A stretch of DNA of 64,000 nt from NCBI GenBank assembly GCA_050950505.1, contig JBMNHS010000001.1:320001-384000 (forward strand), read 5' to 3'. Every line of letters begins with the position of its first letter. Positions within the stretch are counted from its first letter, which is position 1. Shown piece by piece: positions 1 to 10,150 of this stretch. Position numbers and translations under genes: made by a program. The stretch is from Candidatus Methanomethylophilaceae archaeon. GTDB lineage: Archaea; Thermoplasmatota; Thermoplasmata; Methanomassiliicoccales; Methanomethylophilaceae. The notes below the pieces were generated by a model. That model saw only the letters and a program-made list of their open reading frames with translations. It was not told the origin of the DNA and did not search any database.

Positions 1-93
1 AACAGAAGCAGAATTTCCTTGGATGCTTCCGGAATATCCGTTTGGGGAGAACGTACCGATGTGGACGTCAAACCCGAAGCGGCGGAATCGTGA
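1..93 (+). CDS. Possible 3' end of a gene entering from the left edge (partial)
   Basis: Open frame from base 1 (NRSRISLDASGISVWGERTDVDVKPEAAES) ending in TGA at 91-93, abutting the proB stop. Confidence 0.4.
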   Translation, partial: NRSRISLDASGISVWGERTDVDVKPEAAES

Positions 94-1221
94 TTACAGA
101 AGAACCATGTTTTCCCTGTCGACGATGTCCGTATCCCGGTTACAGCCCATCATCTCGTTGATTTCGGAAGTCCGCAGGCCAATCATGGAAATCACATCTT
201 CGGAGTTATAATTGGTGATGCCGTGAGCTATGGTTTTTCCTTCGAACTTTATGCGTATCATGTCCCCGCGGTCGAATTTTCCGGAAACTTCCGTCACCCC
301 GACCGGGAGCAAAGACCGATGTCTGCCCAATGCCTTCGCGGCGCCCTCGTCAACGGTGACGGAGCCTTTCGGGTTTGCGAATTTCAACCAACGTCTTTTC
401 TTGGGGATTTCGGAATCCGACACGAATGCCGTTCCGATGTCCTGACCTGAAACTATGTCCTCGATGATTCCTTTCTTCAGTCCCGACGCGATTACCATCA
501 GACATCCCGCGTCGGCGCAGATGCGGGCGGCTTCGAGTTTGGTTTTCATTCCCCCGACGCCGACACGGGTGGTGGGCTCCCCGGCCATATGCATGACGTC
601 GTCAATGGATTCTACGATGTTCATAAGCTTGGCGTCTGAGTATATTTTAGGATTTTTATCGTAAAGTCCGTCAACGTCGGAAAGGATTATCAGAAGATCT
701 GATTCCGTGTTGCTGGCTATCACCGCGGACAGTTTGTCGTTGTCTCCGAACATCACGTCGATTTCTTTGGTGCATATCGCATCGTTTTCATTGAAAATCG
801 GAACGACGCCGTTGTCCAGCAGGGTTTCGATCGTGTTGTCCAGATTGTTGGCGGTTTCCCTGACGGAATATGCGTCCATGGTCAGAAGAATCTGAGCCCC
901 CAGAAGACCGTATTTTTCAAACGCGGTGTTCCATCGGTGCATCAGCACAGACTGACCCACGGAAGCGGCCGCCTGACGCATGGGAATGTTCTTGGGATGG
1001 GCATCTATGCCCATCACGTCCAGTCCCAGCCCTATCGCCCCCGAGGACACAAGCAGAACCTCGATTCCTCCGTCTCTCAGTGTCTTTACCTGACGCGCCA
1101 CATCCTCCAGGAACTCCATGGATTCCTCGGCGGAATTCCTTGTTATGGAAGACGTGCCCACTTTGACGACTATGCGTCTGAGATCTTTCACCAGAGACTT
1201 CCGGTCGCTCAAAGCGGACAC
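94..1221 (-). CDS. proB: Glutamate 5-kinase with C-terminal PUA domain
   Basis: IVVKVGTSS, LVSSGAI, AAASVGQ, NEND, FGDNDKLSA, GGMKTKLEAA motifs; adjacent to proA. Confidence 0.97.
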   Translation of the reverse strand: MSALSDRKSLVKDLRRIVVKVGTSSITRNSAEESMEFLEDVARQVKTLRDGGIEVLLVSSGAIGLGLDVMGIDAHPKNIPMRQAAASVGQSVLMHRWNTAFEKYGLLGAQILLTMDAYSVRETANNLDNTIETLLDNGVVPIFNENDAICTKEIDVMFGDNDKLSAVIASNTESDLLIILSDVDGLYDKNPKIYSDAKLMNIVESIDDVMHMAGEPTTRVGVGGMKTKLEAARICADAGCLMVIASGLKKGIIEDIVSGQDIGTAFVSDSEIPKKRRWLKFANPKGSVTVDEGAAKALGRHRSLLPVGVTEVSGKFDRGDMIRIKFEGKTIAHGITNYNSEDVISMIGLRTSEINEMMGCNRDTDIVDRENMVLL

Positions 1222-2531
1222 TCCCTTTCGATGTGTTTATGGGTGAACTTTTTGTCTCCCGAGGCGTAATCTTTGACTTTCTGACCTTCGCCGATCAGGA
1301 CATACTTGTAAATCATCAGACCTTCCATTCCCACGGGACCTCTCGAGTGAATCTTTCCGGTGCTTATTCCCACTTCCGCCCCTTTTCCGAATCTGTAGCC
1401 GTCGGCGAATCTCGTGGAAGCGTTCACGAACACGTCCGCCGCATCCACCATTTTGACGAAATAGGTCATGTTTTCTTTGTTTTCGGTAACAATCGCATCC
1501 GTGTGTCCGGAACCGTATCTTCCGATGAACTCGGCGGCTTCTTCGACGGAGTCGACGGTTTTGATTGCGATTATGAGTTCGTTGTATTCCTCGGCCCATT
1601 CGTTTTCCGCCGCGGGAATCACGTCTCCGACGTCTTTGATTTTCCGGACTCTCTCGTCTCCGCGGATTTCGACGCCGTTGTCTCTGAAGAGTCTGCACAT
1701 GTTCGGCAGGAACTTTTCCGCGACGGCGGCGTGAACCAACAGATTTTCCATGGCATTGCAGGCCGCGGGATACTGTATTTTTGAATCCAGGACAACAGAG
1801 TAGGCTTTCTCCAAATCCGCAAATTCGTCAACATAAACGTTGCACAGTCCTTCGGAGTGCCCCATCACCGGAATCCTTGTGTTGTCTTCGATGTACTTCA
1901 CGAAACTGTTGGAACCTCTGGGTATCAGCAAATCGATGTACTCGTCCAGGCCGAGGATGTTGCTGATGTCCTCATGGGTTTCCATCAGAACAAAGGCTTC
2001 TTTCGGAACTCCGGCGGAAGCCGCGGCTTCGGACAGGATTTCAAACAATGCCCGGTTGGAGTTGAAAGCTTCCGAGCCTCCTTTGAAGGCCACGGCGTTG
2101 CCGCTCTTGATGCACAATGACATGATCTGAGGCAACACATCCGGACGGGATTCGAATATCACCCCTAACAAACCAATCGGGCTTCTTACCTGATACAGCG
2201 TGAGGTTGTCGTCCAATTCTATGGTGGACATGGTTTCCCCAACAGGGTCGTCAAAGGACTCCACATCGTTTATTCCGACGATCATCCCGTTGATTTTGCC
2301 GTCGTTCACAAGAAGTCTGTCCACCATGGATCTTGTGAGTCTGCCCTGTTCCACCAATTTTTCGGCATTGGCCACGTCTTCCGCGTTGGCCTTCAGGATT
2401 CTGCTCCTGTTTTTGTCCAAAGCATCGGCCATTGCCCTCAGTGCTTTGTTCTTGACCCTCCCGTCAAGGGAGGAAAGCCTGACCGCGGCCTTCTCCGCTT
2501 CGATAATCTGTTCAGTGATGTCCTTAGGCAT
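1209..2531 (-). CDS. proA: Gamma-glutamyl phosphate reductase
   Basis: IFESRPDV, LLIPRGS, ACNAME, GSGHTDAI, NASTRFADG, ISTGKIHSRGPVG motifs; start set at ATG 2531 (MPKDIT). Confidence 0.97.
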   Translation of the reverse strand: MPKDITEQIIEAEKAAVRLSSLDGRVKNKALRAMADALDKNRSRILKANAEDVANAEKLVEQGRLTRSMVDRLLVNDGKINGMIVGINDVESFDDPVGETMSTIELDDNLTLYQVRSPIGLLGVIFESRPDVLPQIMSLCIKSGNAVAFKGGSEAFNSNRALFEILSEAAASAGVPKEAFVLMETHEDISNILGLDEYIDLLIPRGSNSFVKYIEDNTRIPVMGHSEGLCNVYVDEFADLEKAYSVVLDSKIQYPAACNAMENLLVHAAVAEKFLPNMCRLFRDNGVEIRGDERVRKIKDVGDVIPAAENEWAEEYNELIIAIKTVDSVEEAAEFIGRYGSGHTDAIVTENKENMTYFVKMVDAADVFVNASTRFADGYRFGKGAEVGISTGKIHSRGPVGMEGLMIYKYVLIGEGQKVKDYASGDKKFTHKHIERECPL

Positions 2532-2637
2532 ATTATTCCCTGTATGGCCGTCAATTGTATTATTATATGTGACAATGCGGCAGACCGGCCATCGCAATAG
2601 GAAATTTAAAAATATGCGGATGGGATTGTCTCGCTGA

Positions 2638-2724
2638 GCCGAGGTAATCTAGTCCGGTAGGGTGGCGGTCTCGAAAACCGCTGGCCGCGAGGCCTCGGGA
2701 GTTCAAATCTCTCCCTCGGCGCCA
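2638..2724 (+). tRNA. tRNA-Ser(CGA), long variable arm, CCA encoded
   Basis: GCCGAGG/CCTCGGC acceptor stem; GCGGT-CTCGAAA-ACCGC anticodon arm; GTTCAAATC T-loop; upstream TTTAAAAA and downstream T-run. Confidence 0.97.
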
Positions 2725-2738
2725 CGACCTTTTTTCGT

Positions 2739-3869
2739 TTACTTGAATCGATCCCTGAAGGACTGCCGGGTCTTTTTTGGACCTGCGGCTTCGTCCAGTT
2801 TCGTGAGCAGTTCGGTTTCCGCTTTGGAAACTCTCTTGGGCACATCCATCTTGACGCGGACCATGAGATCGCCTCTCGAAGACGAACCCATGGAACGGGG
2901 CATTCCCTTTCCGCTGAGTCTCAGCACCGATCCGACCTGGGTTCCCTTGGGGATTTTGAGAATGACTTTTTCTCCTTCCAGAGTTCTGACTTCCTCTTCC
3001 CCTCCCAGCACCAGTTTCGGATAGGATGTGGTTATGCCGGTCCAAAGGTTGGGGCCGTCCCGTTCGAAGGTGTCGTTCGGGGTGATGTGAATCATCACGT
3101 AAAGGTCTCCGGGTTGACCGCCGTCGGCGCTTGCGTTGCCCAGTCCCCTCAGCGTCAACGTGGAACCGTCGCTGACCCCTTTCGGAATCTTCACGTCCGC
3201 TTTGGTTACTTTGCGGACGTTTCCCGCGCCGTCGCATTCAGGACATCTTTCATCGAAAGAACGTCCCCTGCCCCGGCATTTGGGGCAGTCGGACACCGAC
3301 ACCATGTTTCCGAACATGGTCTGCCTGACCGTACGGGCCTGACCGGAGCCGTTGCATTGAGAACAGGACACGGTCTTGCCGTTTTTGGCCCCGGTTCCGT
3401 CGCAGGCTTCGCATTTGACGGAATGGGGGACTTCAACTTTTTCCGTTTTGCCTTCAAGAGCTTCCAGCAGAGAGATTTCGATGTCCATTCTGAGAGAGGC
3501 CCCTTTCTGGGGACCTCTTCTGGATGAACCCCGACCTCCGCCGAATCCGCCGAAGATGTCTCCGAAGATGTCTCCGAAGATATCGCTGATGTCTTCCGCG
3601 TGGGTAAAGTCGTCCCATGAGAACCCGCCTCCGGAGAATTGCTGGTTGACGGCGTCGCTGCCGTACCTGTCGTAAGTCTCCTTCTTCTGAGGGTCGGAAA
3701 GAACCTCGTACGCCTCGGAAATCTCCTTGAATTTGGCTTCGGCAACCTCTTTGGGTTCCGAAGACACGTCAGGGTGATACTTCTTGGCGAGATTTCGGTA
3801 TGCTTTCTTGACTTCCTCCGGCGATGAGTCTTTGCTCACGCCGAGGATCTCATAGTAATCTTTACCCAT
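2739..3869 (-). CDS. dnaJ: Chaperone DnaJ
   Basis: J domain with HPD, G/F-rich region, four CxxCxGxG repeats. Confidence 0.98.
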   Translation of the reverse strand: MGKDYYEILGVSKDSSPEEVKKAYRNLAKKYHPDVSSEPKEVAEAKFKEISEAYEVLSDPQKKETYDRYGSDAVNQQFSGGGFSWDDFTHAEDISDIFGDIFGDIFGGFGGGRGSSRRGPQKGASLRMDIEISLLEALEGKTEKVEVPHSVKCEACDGTGAKNGKTVSCSQCNGSGQARTVRQTMFGNMVSVSDCPKCRGRGRSFDERCPECDGAGNVRKVTKADVKIPKGVSDGSTLTLRGLGNASADGGQPGDLYVMIHITPNDTFERDGPNLWTGITTSYPKLVLGGEEEVRTLEGEKVILKIPKGTQVGSVLRLSGKGMPRSMGSSSRGDLMVRVKMDVPKRVSKAETELLTKLDEAAGPKKTRQSFRDRFK

Positions 3870-3883
3870 TTGTGAATCCCAAC

Positions 3884-5737
3884 TCAGTTCTCTTCGTCGT
3901 CGACTATGGTGTAATCCGCATCAACGACGTCGTCGTCAACGTCCTCTTGGGCTTTCTGCTCCGCTCCGCCGTGAGCCTGCTGCCCGGCAGAAGCTTCCTG
4001 GTAAATCCTGGTGGAGATGGGTTCCATGGCCTTCATGAGGTCGTCCATCTTCTTCTTGATGCGTTCTGTGTCATCGGTCTTGTTGGCTTCCTCAAGGTCG
4101 GTGATTGCGGCTTCGACGGCGGATCTCTCTTCCTGGGATACTTTCTCCCCCAGTTCGTCAAGGGACTTGCGGACCATGTGCACCGAAGATTCGGCCTGGT
4201 TGTGGGTCTCGATGACTTCCACCTTCTTCTTGTCCGCATCGGCGAACTTCTCGGCTTCCTTGACCATCTGTTCGATCTCTTCGTCACTGAGTTTGCTGGA
4301 AGAGGCGATGGTGATTTTCTGTTCCTTGCCGGTTCCGGTGTCCTTCGCGGTCACGGTGACGATACCGTTGGCGTCGATGTCGAAGGTTACTTCAATCTGA
4401 GGCATTCCGCGGGGGGCCGGGGGTATTCCGTCAAGGATGAAACGGCCGAGGGAGGTGTTGTCCGTGGCCATCTTCCTTTCGCCCTGCACAACGTTGATTT
4501 CCACCGAAGGCTGGTTGTCCGCCGCGGTGGAGAATATCTGGGACTTCTTCGTAGGGATGGTGGTGTTTCTCTCAATGAGAGGGGTCGCCACTCCGCCGAG
4601 GGTTTCGATACCCAGAGTCAGAGGCGTAACGTCCAAAAGAAGAACGTCTTTCACGTCTCCGGAAAGAACGGCTCCCTGAATCGCCGCACCCATGGAAACA
4701 CATTCCATCGGGTCGATTCCGCGCTGAATCTTGGGGCCGACGACGCTTTCCACGTAGTTCTGGACCGCGGGCATTCTGGTCGGACCTCCGACCATGATGA
4801 TTTTGTCAATCTGGTCCATGGACAGTTTGGCGTCCTTGACGGCGCCCAGGATGCTGTCCTTGCATCTTACGATGACCGGTTCGACGAGTTCCTCAAGCTT
4901 TGCGCGGGTAAGTGTCTGCACAAGGTGCTTGGGTCCAGAATCGTCGGAAGCAATGAAGGGAAGGTTGATTTCCGTCTGCATCGTGGTAGAAAGTTCTATT
5001 TTGGCTTTCTCGCAGGCTTCCCGGACTCTCCAGAAGGCCATCTTGTCTCCGGTGAGATCGATGCCGGTCTGTTTCTTGAATTCGTCGGTAACGAACTTGG
5101 TGATGTTCTCATCCATGTCCGAACCTCCGAGCTGGGTGTCTCCCTTGGTGGAGAGAACTTCGAAAACACCGTCGCTGAGGTCCATTACCGTAACGTCCAG
5201 AGTGCCGCCTCCGAAGTCGAAAACCATGATTTTCTGTTCGGTGTCGCTCTTATCGAGACCGAATGCGAGAGCCGCGGATGTGGGCTCGTTTATCATGCGC
5301 ACGACGTCGAGTCCGGCAATCGCGCCGGCGTCTTTGGTCGCCTGTCTCTGGTTGTCGTCGAAGTATGCGGGGACGGTTATCACAGCTTTGCTGAGATCCT
5401 CGCCGAGGAAGGCTTCCGCGTCCCTCTTGATTTTCTGAAGTATGAATGCAGAGATCTGCTGCGGGGAGTATTCCTTTCCGAACACCGTGATTTTTTCGCC
5501 GGAGCCCATCTTTCTCTTTACGTTCTTTATGGTTCCTTCGGGGTTGGTCACGGCCTGTCTCCTTGCAGGCTCTCCCACCAAAAGCTCTCCGTCCTTCGTG
5601 AACGCCACGTAAGACGGGAACGATTTGCCGCCGACGCTGGTACCCTCGGCGCTGGGTATTACGATTGGCCTTCCGCCCTCCATCGCGGCGGCGGCCGAGT
5701 TGCTTGTTCCAAGATCTATACCTATAATTCTTGACAT
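3884..5737 (-). CDS. dnaK: Chaperone DnaK (Hsp70)
   Basis: [39 protein letters not shown] motifs. Confidence 0.99.
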   Translation of the reverse strand: MSRIIGIDLGTSNSAAAAMEGGRPIVIPSAEGTSVGGKSFPSYVAFTKDGELLVGEPARRQAVTNPEGTIKNVKRKMGSGEKITVFGKEYSPQQISAFILQKIKRDAEAFLGEDLSKAVITVPAYFDDNQRQATKDAGAIAGLDVVRMINEPTSAALAFGLDKSDTEQKIMVFDFGGGTLDVTVMDLSDGVFEVLSTKGDTQLGGSDMDENITKFVTDEFKKQTGIDLTGDKMAFWRVREACEKAKIELSTTMQTEINLPFIASDDSGPKHLVQTLTRAKLEELVEPVIVRCKDSILGAVKDAKLSMDQIDKIIMVGGPTRMPAVQNYVESVVGPKIQRGIDPMECVSMGAAIQGAVLSGDVKDVLLLDVTPLTLGIETLGGVATPLIERNTTIPTKKSQIFSTAADNQPSVEINVVQGERKMATDNTSLGRFILDGIPPAPRGMPQIEVTFDIDANGIVTVTAKDTGTGKEQKITIASSSKLSDEEIEQMVKEAEKFADADKKKVEVIETHNQAESSVHMVRKSLDELGEKVSQEERSAVEAAITDLEEANKTDDTERIKKKMDDLMKAMEPISTRIYQEASAGQQAHGGAEQKAQEDVDDDVVDADYTIVDDEEN

Positions 5738-5742
5738 TTCTT

Positions 5743-6303
5743 TCACTCCTGTTTGTTTTCTTTCGCCGTCTCTCCGGCCGTCCCCTCCGTTTCGGAGGAT
5801 TTAGTTACTTTCACTTTCGAATATCTCAGGACCCTGTCGTCGCAAAGGTATCCTTTCTGATACACTTCGGCAATGTCCCCGTCCCGTTCCCCGTCCACGG
5901 TGCTCAGGGCCTCATGGAACCCGGGATTGAATTTACCGTCTGTCGGAATCTCCTTGACTCCGCGTGTTTCCAGAGTCTTCATCAGATTCTGGCGCACGCC
6001 CCTGATACCGAGAATAAAATCGTTTTCTTCCTCGGCCAGGCACAATGCCCGGTCCAAATCGTCGATTGTCTGCAACAGTTCCGCAATCAGATCGTCGTTG
6101 GCTCTTTTCTTGGCATCTTCCATGTCTTTGACGGATCTCTTTCTGTAGTTGTCAAAATCCGCCTGGATTCTTCTAGCCGCATCCAGATACTGTCCGGCCA
6201 GTTCTTTGGCTTCTTCGAGCTCGTCCTTTATTTCGAATTTCTCTTCGGTTTCCGGTGATTCCGTTTCTTCCGGTCCGGCTTTCTTTCTAAACTTGTCAGT
6301 CAT
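5743..6303 (-). CDS. grpE: Nucleotide exchange factor GrpE
   Basis: [28 protein letters not shown] motifs; directly upstream of dnaK. Confidence 0.96.
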   Translation of the reverse strand: MTDKFRKKAGPEETESPETEEKFEIKDELEEAKELAGQYLDAARRIQADFDNYRKRSVKDMEDAKKRANDDLIAELLQTIDDLDRALCLAEEENDFILGIRGVRQNLMKTLETRGVKEIPTDGKFNPGFHEALSTVDGERDGDIAEVYQKGYLCDDRVLRYSKVKVTKSSETEGTAGETAKENKQE

Positions 6304-6331
6304 GCTACGATCATCCAAAGGGGTAAGAATT

Positions 6332-6356
6332 AGGGAGGAAGCAATGCTTCCTCCCT
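6332..6356. terminator. Perfect 11-bp hairpin between thermosome and grpE (terminator or RNA-stability element)
   Basis: AGGGAGGAAGC-AAT-GCTTCCTCCCT. Confidence 0.5.
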
Positions 6357-6372
6357 TGTTTGGTTTACAGTT

Positions 6373-7992
6373 TCACTCATCCATATCCAAGTCGGACATG
6401 TCCATTTCCTGGGTGCTCGAAGATGCAATCACATCATCGATGCGCAGGATCATGACGGCAGTGTCGGTGGCGGCGTTGATTGCCTGTTTTCCAACCCTGT
6501 AGGGTTCCACAACATTGTTTTCGTACATGTCATCGACTATGCCGGTGAAGGGGTTGAGACCTGCGGTGATCTTACCCTCTTTGTGCTGTTTCCTCATTTC
6601 GATAAGGGTGTCGATGGGGTCGAGTCCGGCATTCTCGGCAAGTGTCGCGGGAATCACTTCCATGGCGGAGGCGTATGCTTCGAGAGCAATCTGTGCCCTT
6701 CCGCCGACGGATGATGCGTAATCCCTGAGGCGCATGGCGATTTCCATTTCTTTGGATCCGCCGCCGCATTCGATGAGGCCGTCTTCGATGGCCACTCTTA
6801 CCGCGGACCATGCGTCGACGAGGGATCTTTCGACTTCGTCCGCCACGTGAACGGTTCCGCCTCTCACGAGAACGGATACGGTCTTCGGGTCTTTGACGTC
6901 GGTGATGAAGGTCATTTCTTCGTTCTCGACTTTCTTTAGCTCGACGAGTCCGGCGTTTCCGAGGTCGTCCTTGGAGATGTCCTGGATTTTGTTGACGATA
7001 GATGCACCGGTGGATCTGGACAGTCTGTCCATGTCGCTCTTCTTGACACGTCTGCATGCATAGATGCCTTCCTTGGCAAACATGTGCTGTGCCACGTCGT
7101 CGATTCCCTTCTGGCAGAATACGACGTTTGCACCGACATTCTTGACTGCGGTGACCATTCTCTTGAGCATGTTCTCCTCTTCCGCCACGAACTCGGCAAT
7201 CTGGTTGGGATCCGTTATCTGGATCTTTGCGTCCATTTCGGTCTTCTTGACTTCGAATGCCGCATCGATGAGCGCAATCTTTGCGTTCTTTATGGACTTG
7301 GGCATGCTGGGCTGAACCGGCTCTTTGTCGATTACGAGACCCTTGTGAAGTTCGGTCTCTTCCATTCTCGCACCGGCTTTCTTGACGGTCTGGATGTTGG
7401 TAAGATCGACTTTGTATTTTCCGTTCGCGTCCTTTTCGGCAACAGTCTTGACGGCGTCAACGACGAGTTCCGCAAAGAATTCTTTCGAACCGCTGACCTG
7501 TTTGCTGATCATTGCGACTTCGGCAACTTTTCTGAGAACGTCTTCGTCCTCGATGGTGACTTTCTTGGCGATGTCCAGGAGAACTTCCTGAGCCTTGTCG
7601 TTGGCCATCCTGTACCCGGCGGAGATAATCGTAGGGTGAACGTTGGCTTCGATCAAATCAACGGCTTTCTTCAGAAGTTCGCCGGTGAGTATGACGGAAG
7701 AAGTTGTTCCGTCACCGACTTCGGCGTCCTGCGCTTTTGCGACTTCCACCAGCATTTTTGCGGCGGGATGCTGAACGTCCATTTCCTTCAATATTGTCAC
7801 ACCGTCGTTGGTGATTACGACGTCGCCCAAAGAGTCAACGAGCATTTTGTCCATTCCCCTGGGGCCCAAGCTGCTTCTTACGGCATCGGCGATGGCCCTG
7901 GCGGCGGCAATGTTGTTGAACTGAGCATCTTTTCCTTTGTTTCTCTTTGTTCCTTCTCTGAGAATCAGAACAGGTGTGTTACCCATACCCAT
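6373..7992 (-). CDS. Thermosome subunit (group II chaperonin)
   Basis: [33 protein letters not shown] motifs. Confidence 0.98.
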   Translation of the reverse strand: MGMGNTPVLILREGTKRNKGKDAQFNNIAAARAIADAVRSSLGPRGMDKMLVDSLGDVVITNDGVTILKEMDVQHPAAKMLVEVAKAQDAEVGDGTTSSVILTGELLKKAVDLIEANVHPTIISAGYRMANDKAQEVLLDIAKKVTIEDEDVLRKVAEVAMISKQVSGSKEFFAELVVDAVKTVAEKDANGKYKVDLTNIQTVKKAGARMEETELHKGLVIDKEPVQPSMPKSIKNAKIALIDAAFEVKKTEMDAKIQITDPNQIAEFVAEEENMLKRMVTAVKNVGANVVFCQKGIDDVAQHMFAKEGIYACRRVKKSDMDRLSRSTGASIVNKIQDISKDDLGNAGLVELKKVENEEMTFITDVKDPKTVSVLVRGGTVHVADEVERSLVDAWSAVRVAIEDGLIECGGGSKEMEIAMRLRDYASSVGGRAQIALEAYASAMEVIPATLAENAGLDPIDTLIEMRKQHKEGKITAGLNPFTGIVDDMYENNVVEPYRVGKQAINAATDTAVMILRIDDVIASSSTQEMDMSDLDMDE

Positions 7993-8044
7993 GTTTTTTT
8001 AGCCTCCAATTAATTCCATTTACCTGGATTCTGAGTTGATAAAG

Positions 8045-8073
8045 TTTGTTCTTCTATATAAACCTATCATTCA
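8045..8073 (-). promoter_or_regulatory. TATA-box promoter of the thermosome-grpE-dnaK-dnaJ cluster
   Basis: Minus strand TGAA-N7-TTTATATA-GAA-GAA-CAAA, about 60 nt upstream of the start codon. Confidence 0.6.
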
Positions 8074-8594
8074 GATGCACACAATCCGCTTTATCTTCCT
8101 GTTGAAGAAACACCCCCGGAAAAACCGTGCTGAATGTGTTGTCCGTTCATACCGGAAAGACGGTCACGATACTGATTGGCGGACAGGGCGTCTCCGCGAC
8201 GGGAAGAATCCTCGTCCGATAAAATGATCTCCGAACCTTTCTGTGGAATGCATTGGAGAGAAGTAAACAGAAATACGCAAAAGTGACTTAATTTTCCGAG
8301 AAACCCCTTATTCGCGCGGATTATAATGGGATACCGACAGTTTATGTTATATCCTATCTATCAATACGTAAGAGGGAACGTTGGAATAAACGGACCCGTG
8401 AAACGCAGGAACACACGATAAAGTTTAACAAACAAAACTTATGTCGGATGTCTGCCCGCGTGTTTGCGGAATCCTCCGTACAGCGGTACGGAATGATGAA
8501 CACAAACATGATTCCGAAAGGGTCGCAAAAGTCAGAAAAATGACCGGGGTACGGACTCCAAACATCAGAATCCGCAAAATATAATCATCAAGGA

Positions 8595-9137
8595 GTGATA
8601 GAAATGCCGATGGAAAAGTTGATCGAACAAGAGGAAGGAATGGATTCCCTCATCGAACGTGTCGGTCTGTATATTCCCATTTACAGGGGATACAAAGAAC
8701 AGAATCTTCGCAGGGACGAAGACAGAGCCATAAGGCAGGAACTTGTACTCACGCTCGAAGGCGCCGAGGAAAACATGAAAGTTATTTCGGAAGCTTCCGC
8801 GGAAAGCACCGATATTGCCGCCGATGTCGACAGAATAAGCGAAAAAATCAACGTATTCCTGGAATCCGTGGCTGAAAACGTCAACGGATACAGCGGATGG
8901 CATGCCTCCGCCGATTCCTTGGAAAAGGAAATGGAAGAATTGGTGTCCTTGGATTCCAAATTGATAGAAGATACCGTTCTTCTCAGAGGGACCGTCGCCA
9001 ATCTCGTCCAGAAAATAGATTTGGGGGAATATGCCATAATGACCCCTCTCAAGGAAATTGAAAAGATTCTTGACAGATTGATCGAAGATTATGACGGCAG
9101 AGAAACCGTCATGAAAAAATTCCTCAAAGAAGTCTGA
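8595..9137 (+). CDS. Conserved hypothetical alpha-helical protein
   Basis: 180-aa ORF with RBS-like AGGAG upstream; IPIYRGYKEQNLRRDEDR and GYSGW resemble a widespread uncharacterised family; true start may be ATG 8604 or 8610. Confidence 0.8.
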   Translation: MIEMPMEKLIEQEEGMDSLIERVGLYIPIYRGYKEQNLRRDEDRAIRQELVLTLEGAEENMKVISEASAESTDIAADVDRISEKINVFLESVAENVNGYSGWHASADSLEKEMEELVSLDSKLIEDTVLLRGTVANLVQKIDLGEYAIMTPLKEIEKILDRLIEDYDGRETVMKKFLKEV

Positions 9138-9380
9138 ATCCGAATCTCCCCGTCCTCTGAGGTTTCGGTACCGTTTTGAGTTTTTTGACGGACACGGTTG
9201 TTTCTTTTCTGTTTATTTTTCAGAATCTGCCGCGCATAGCGGCGTTTCTCATTTTATTCTTATTTTTCACTCAAATACACTTTTCAACAAATAAAATACG
9301 ATATTCGTATTAATAATTCGATAATCAACGTAATTCGTTATTCGATTGGTATAAATAGTAGAAAAATAATGTAAGTGTCG

Positions 9381-9555
9381 GTGGCAGGGAGTCGCCGACG
9401 AGCCTACAAGACCCGAAAGAGCGGCAAGTACGTTCGAAGACAAAATTCCGGAAGCAAGGAGCAGGAGACCGGTCTGTTGACACTCTACTCTGATTGACCC
9501 GGAATGAAAAACGTACTTCGAGAACCCGCAACGGATGACCCGATTCCCTGCCCAC
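9381..9555 (+). ncRNA. Candidate structured non-coding RNA (~175 nt, rod-like, family unknown)
   Basis: Nested stems 9381-9394/9541-9555, 9426-9434/9510-9518 and 9445-9451/9499-9505; TATAAATA at 9350-9357; T-run at 9561. Confidence 0.65.
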
Positions 9556-9625
9556 ATCCATTTTTGCGTTTCTTCTTCAGGATAAAAATAATATTCTGTC
9601 ACGCGTTCGCTTATACGGAAGACTC

Positions 9626-10150
9626 ATGAAAACCGTTGAAGATTATATCGTAACCGTGCCCGATTTCCCCCATAAGGGGATAATGTTCAGGGACGTCACA
9701 ACAATTCTGCAGGATGAAAAGGGATTCGCGCTGGCCGTTGACGGCCTGAAGGATATGCTCGACGGTGTTGATTTCGACCTTATCGCCGGATCGGAATCCC
9801 GGGGATTCATTTTCGGGGCTCCGGTCGCTTACGCAATGAATAAAGGATTCCTTATTGTGAGAAAGGCCGGAAAACTTCCGAGGGAAACGGTTTCCGAAAC
9901 TTATGATTTGGAATACGGAACCGCGACTTTGGAAATGCACAAAGACAGCGTAAAACCCGGTCAGAAAGTCGTAATCGTCGACGATCTTATTGCCACCGGC
10001 GGAACCACCGAAGCCATAATAAAAATGATTGAAAAACTGGGCGGCGAAGTCGTAAAGATCTGTTTCGTCATAGAATTGGCGGGATTGAAGGGCCGGGACA
10101 AGCTGAAAGGTTACGACGTGGAGTCTCTGGTCGTTTATCCGGGCAATTGA
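9626..10150 (+). CDS. apt: Adenine phosphoribosyltransferase, bacterial type
   Basis: PDFP..GIMFRD, ESRGFIFG, VRKAGKLP, YDLEYG, VVIVDDLIATGGT motifs. Confidence 0.96.
   Translation: MKTVEDYIVTVPDFPHKGIMFRDVTTILQDEKGFALAVDGLKDMLDGVDFDLIAGSESRGFIFGAPVAYAMNKGFLIVRKAGKLPRETVSETYDLEYGTATLEMHKDSVKPGQKVVIVDDLIATGGTTEAIIKMIEKLGGEVVKICFVIELAGLKGRDKLKGYDVESLVVYPGN

Noticed and set aside
3824-5734. 636-aa ORF antisense to dnaK (likewise 28923-31346, 36391-39045, 39088-40662 and 41814-44366)
   Set aside because: These are shadow ORFs on the reverse strand of well-supported genes, explained by codon bias, with no recognisable motifs
9381-9555. Identification of the candidate RNA as RNase P RNA, SRP RNA, tmRNA or a purine riboswitch
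   Set aside because: It lacks GAGGAAAGTCC, a proper SRP helix-8 CAGG...GNRA...AGCA pairing, tRNA-like ends and the purine-aptamer core; only short chance similarities (AGAACCCG, GGAAG..AGCA) are present
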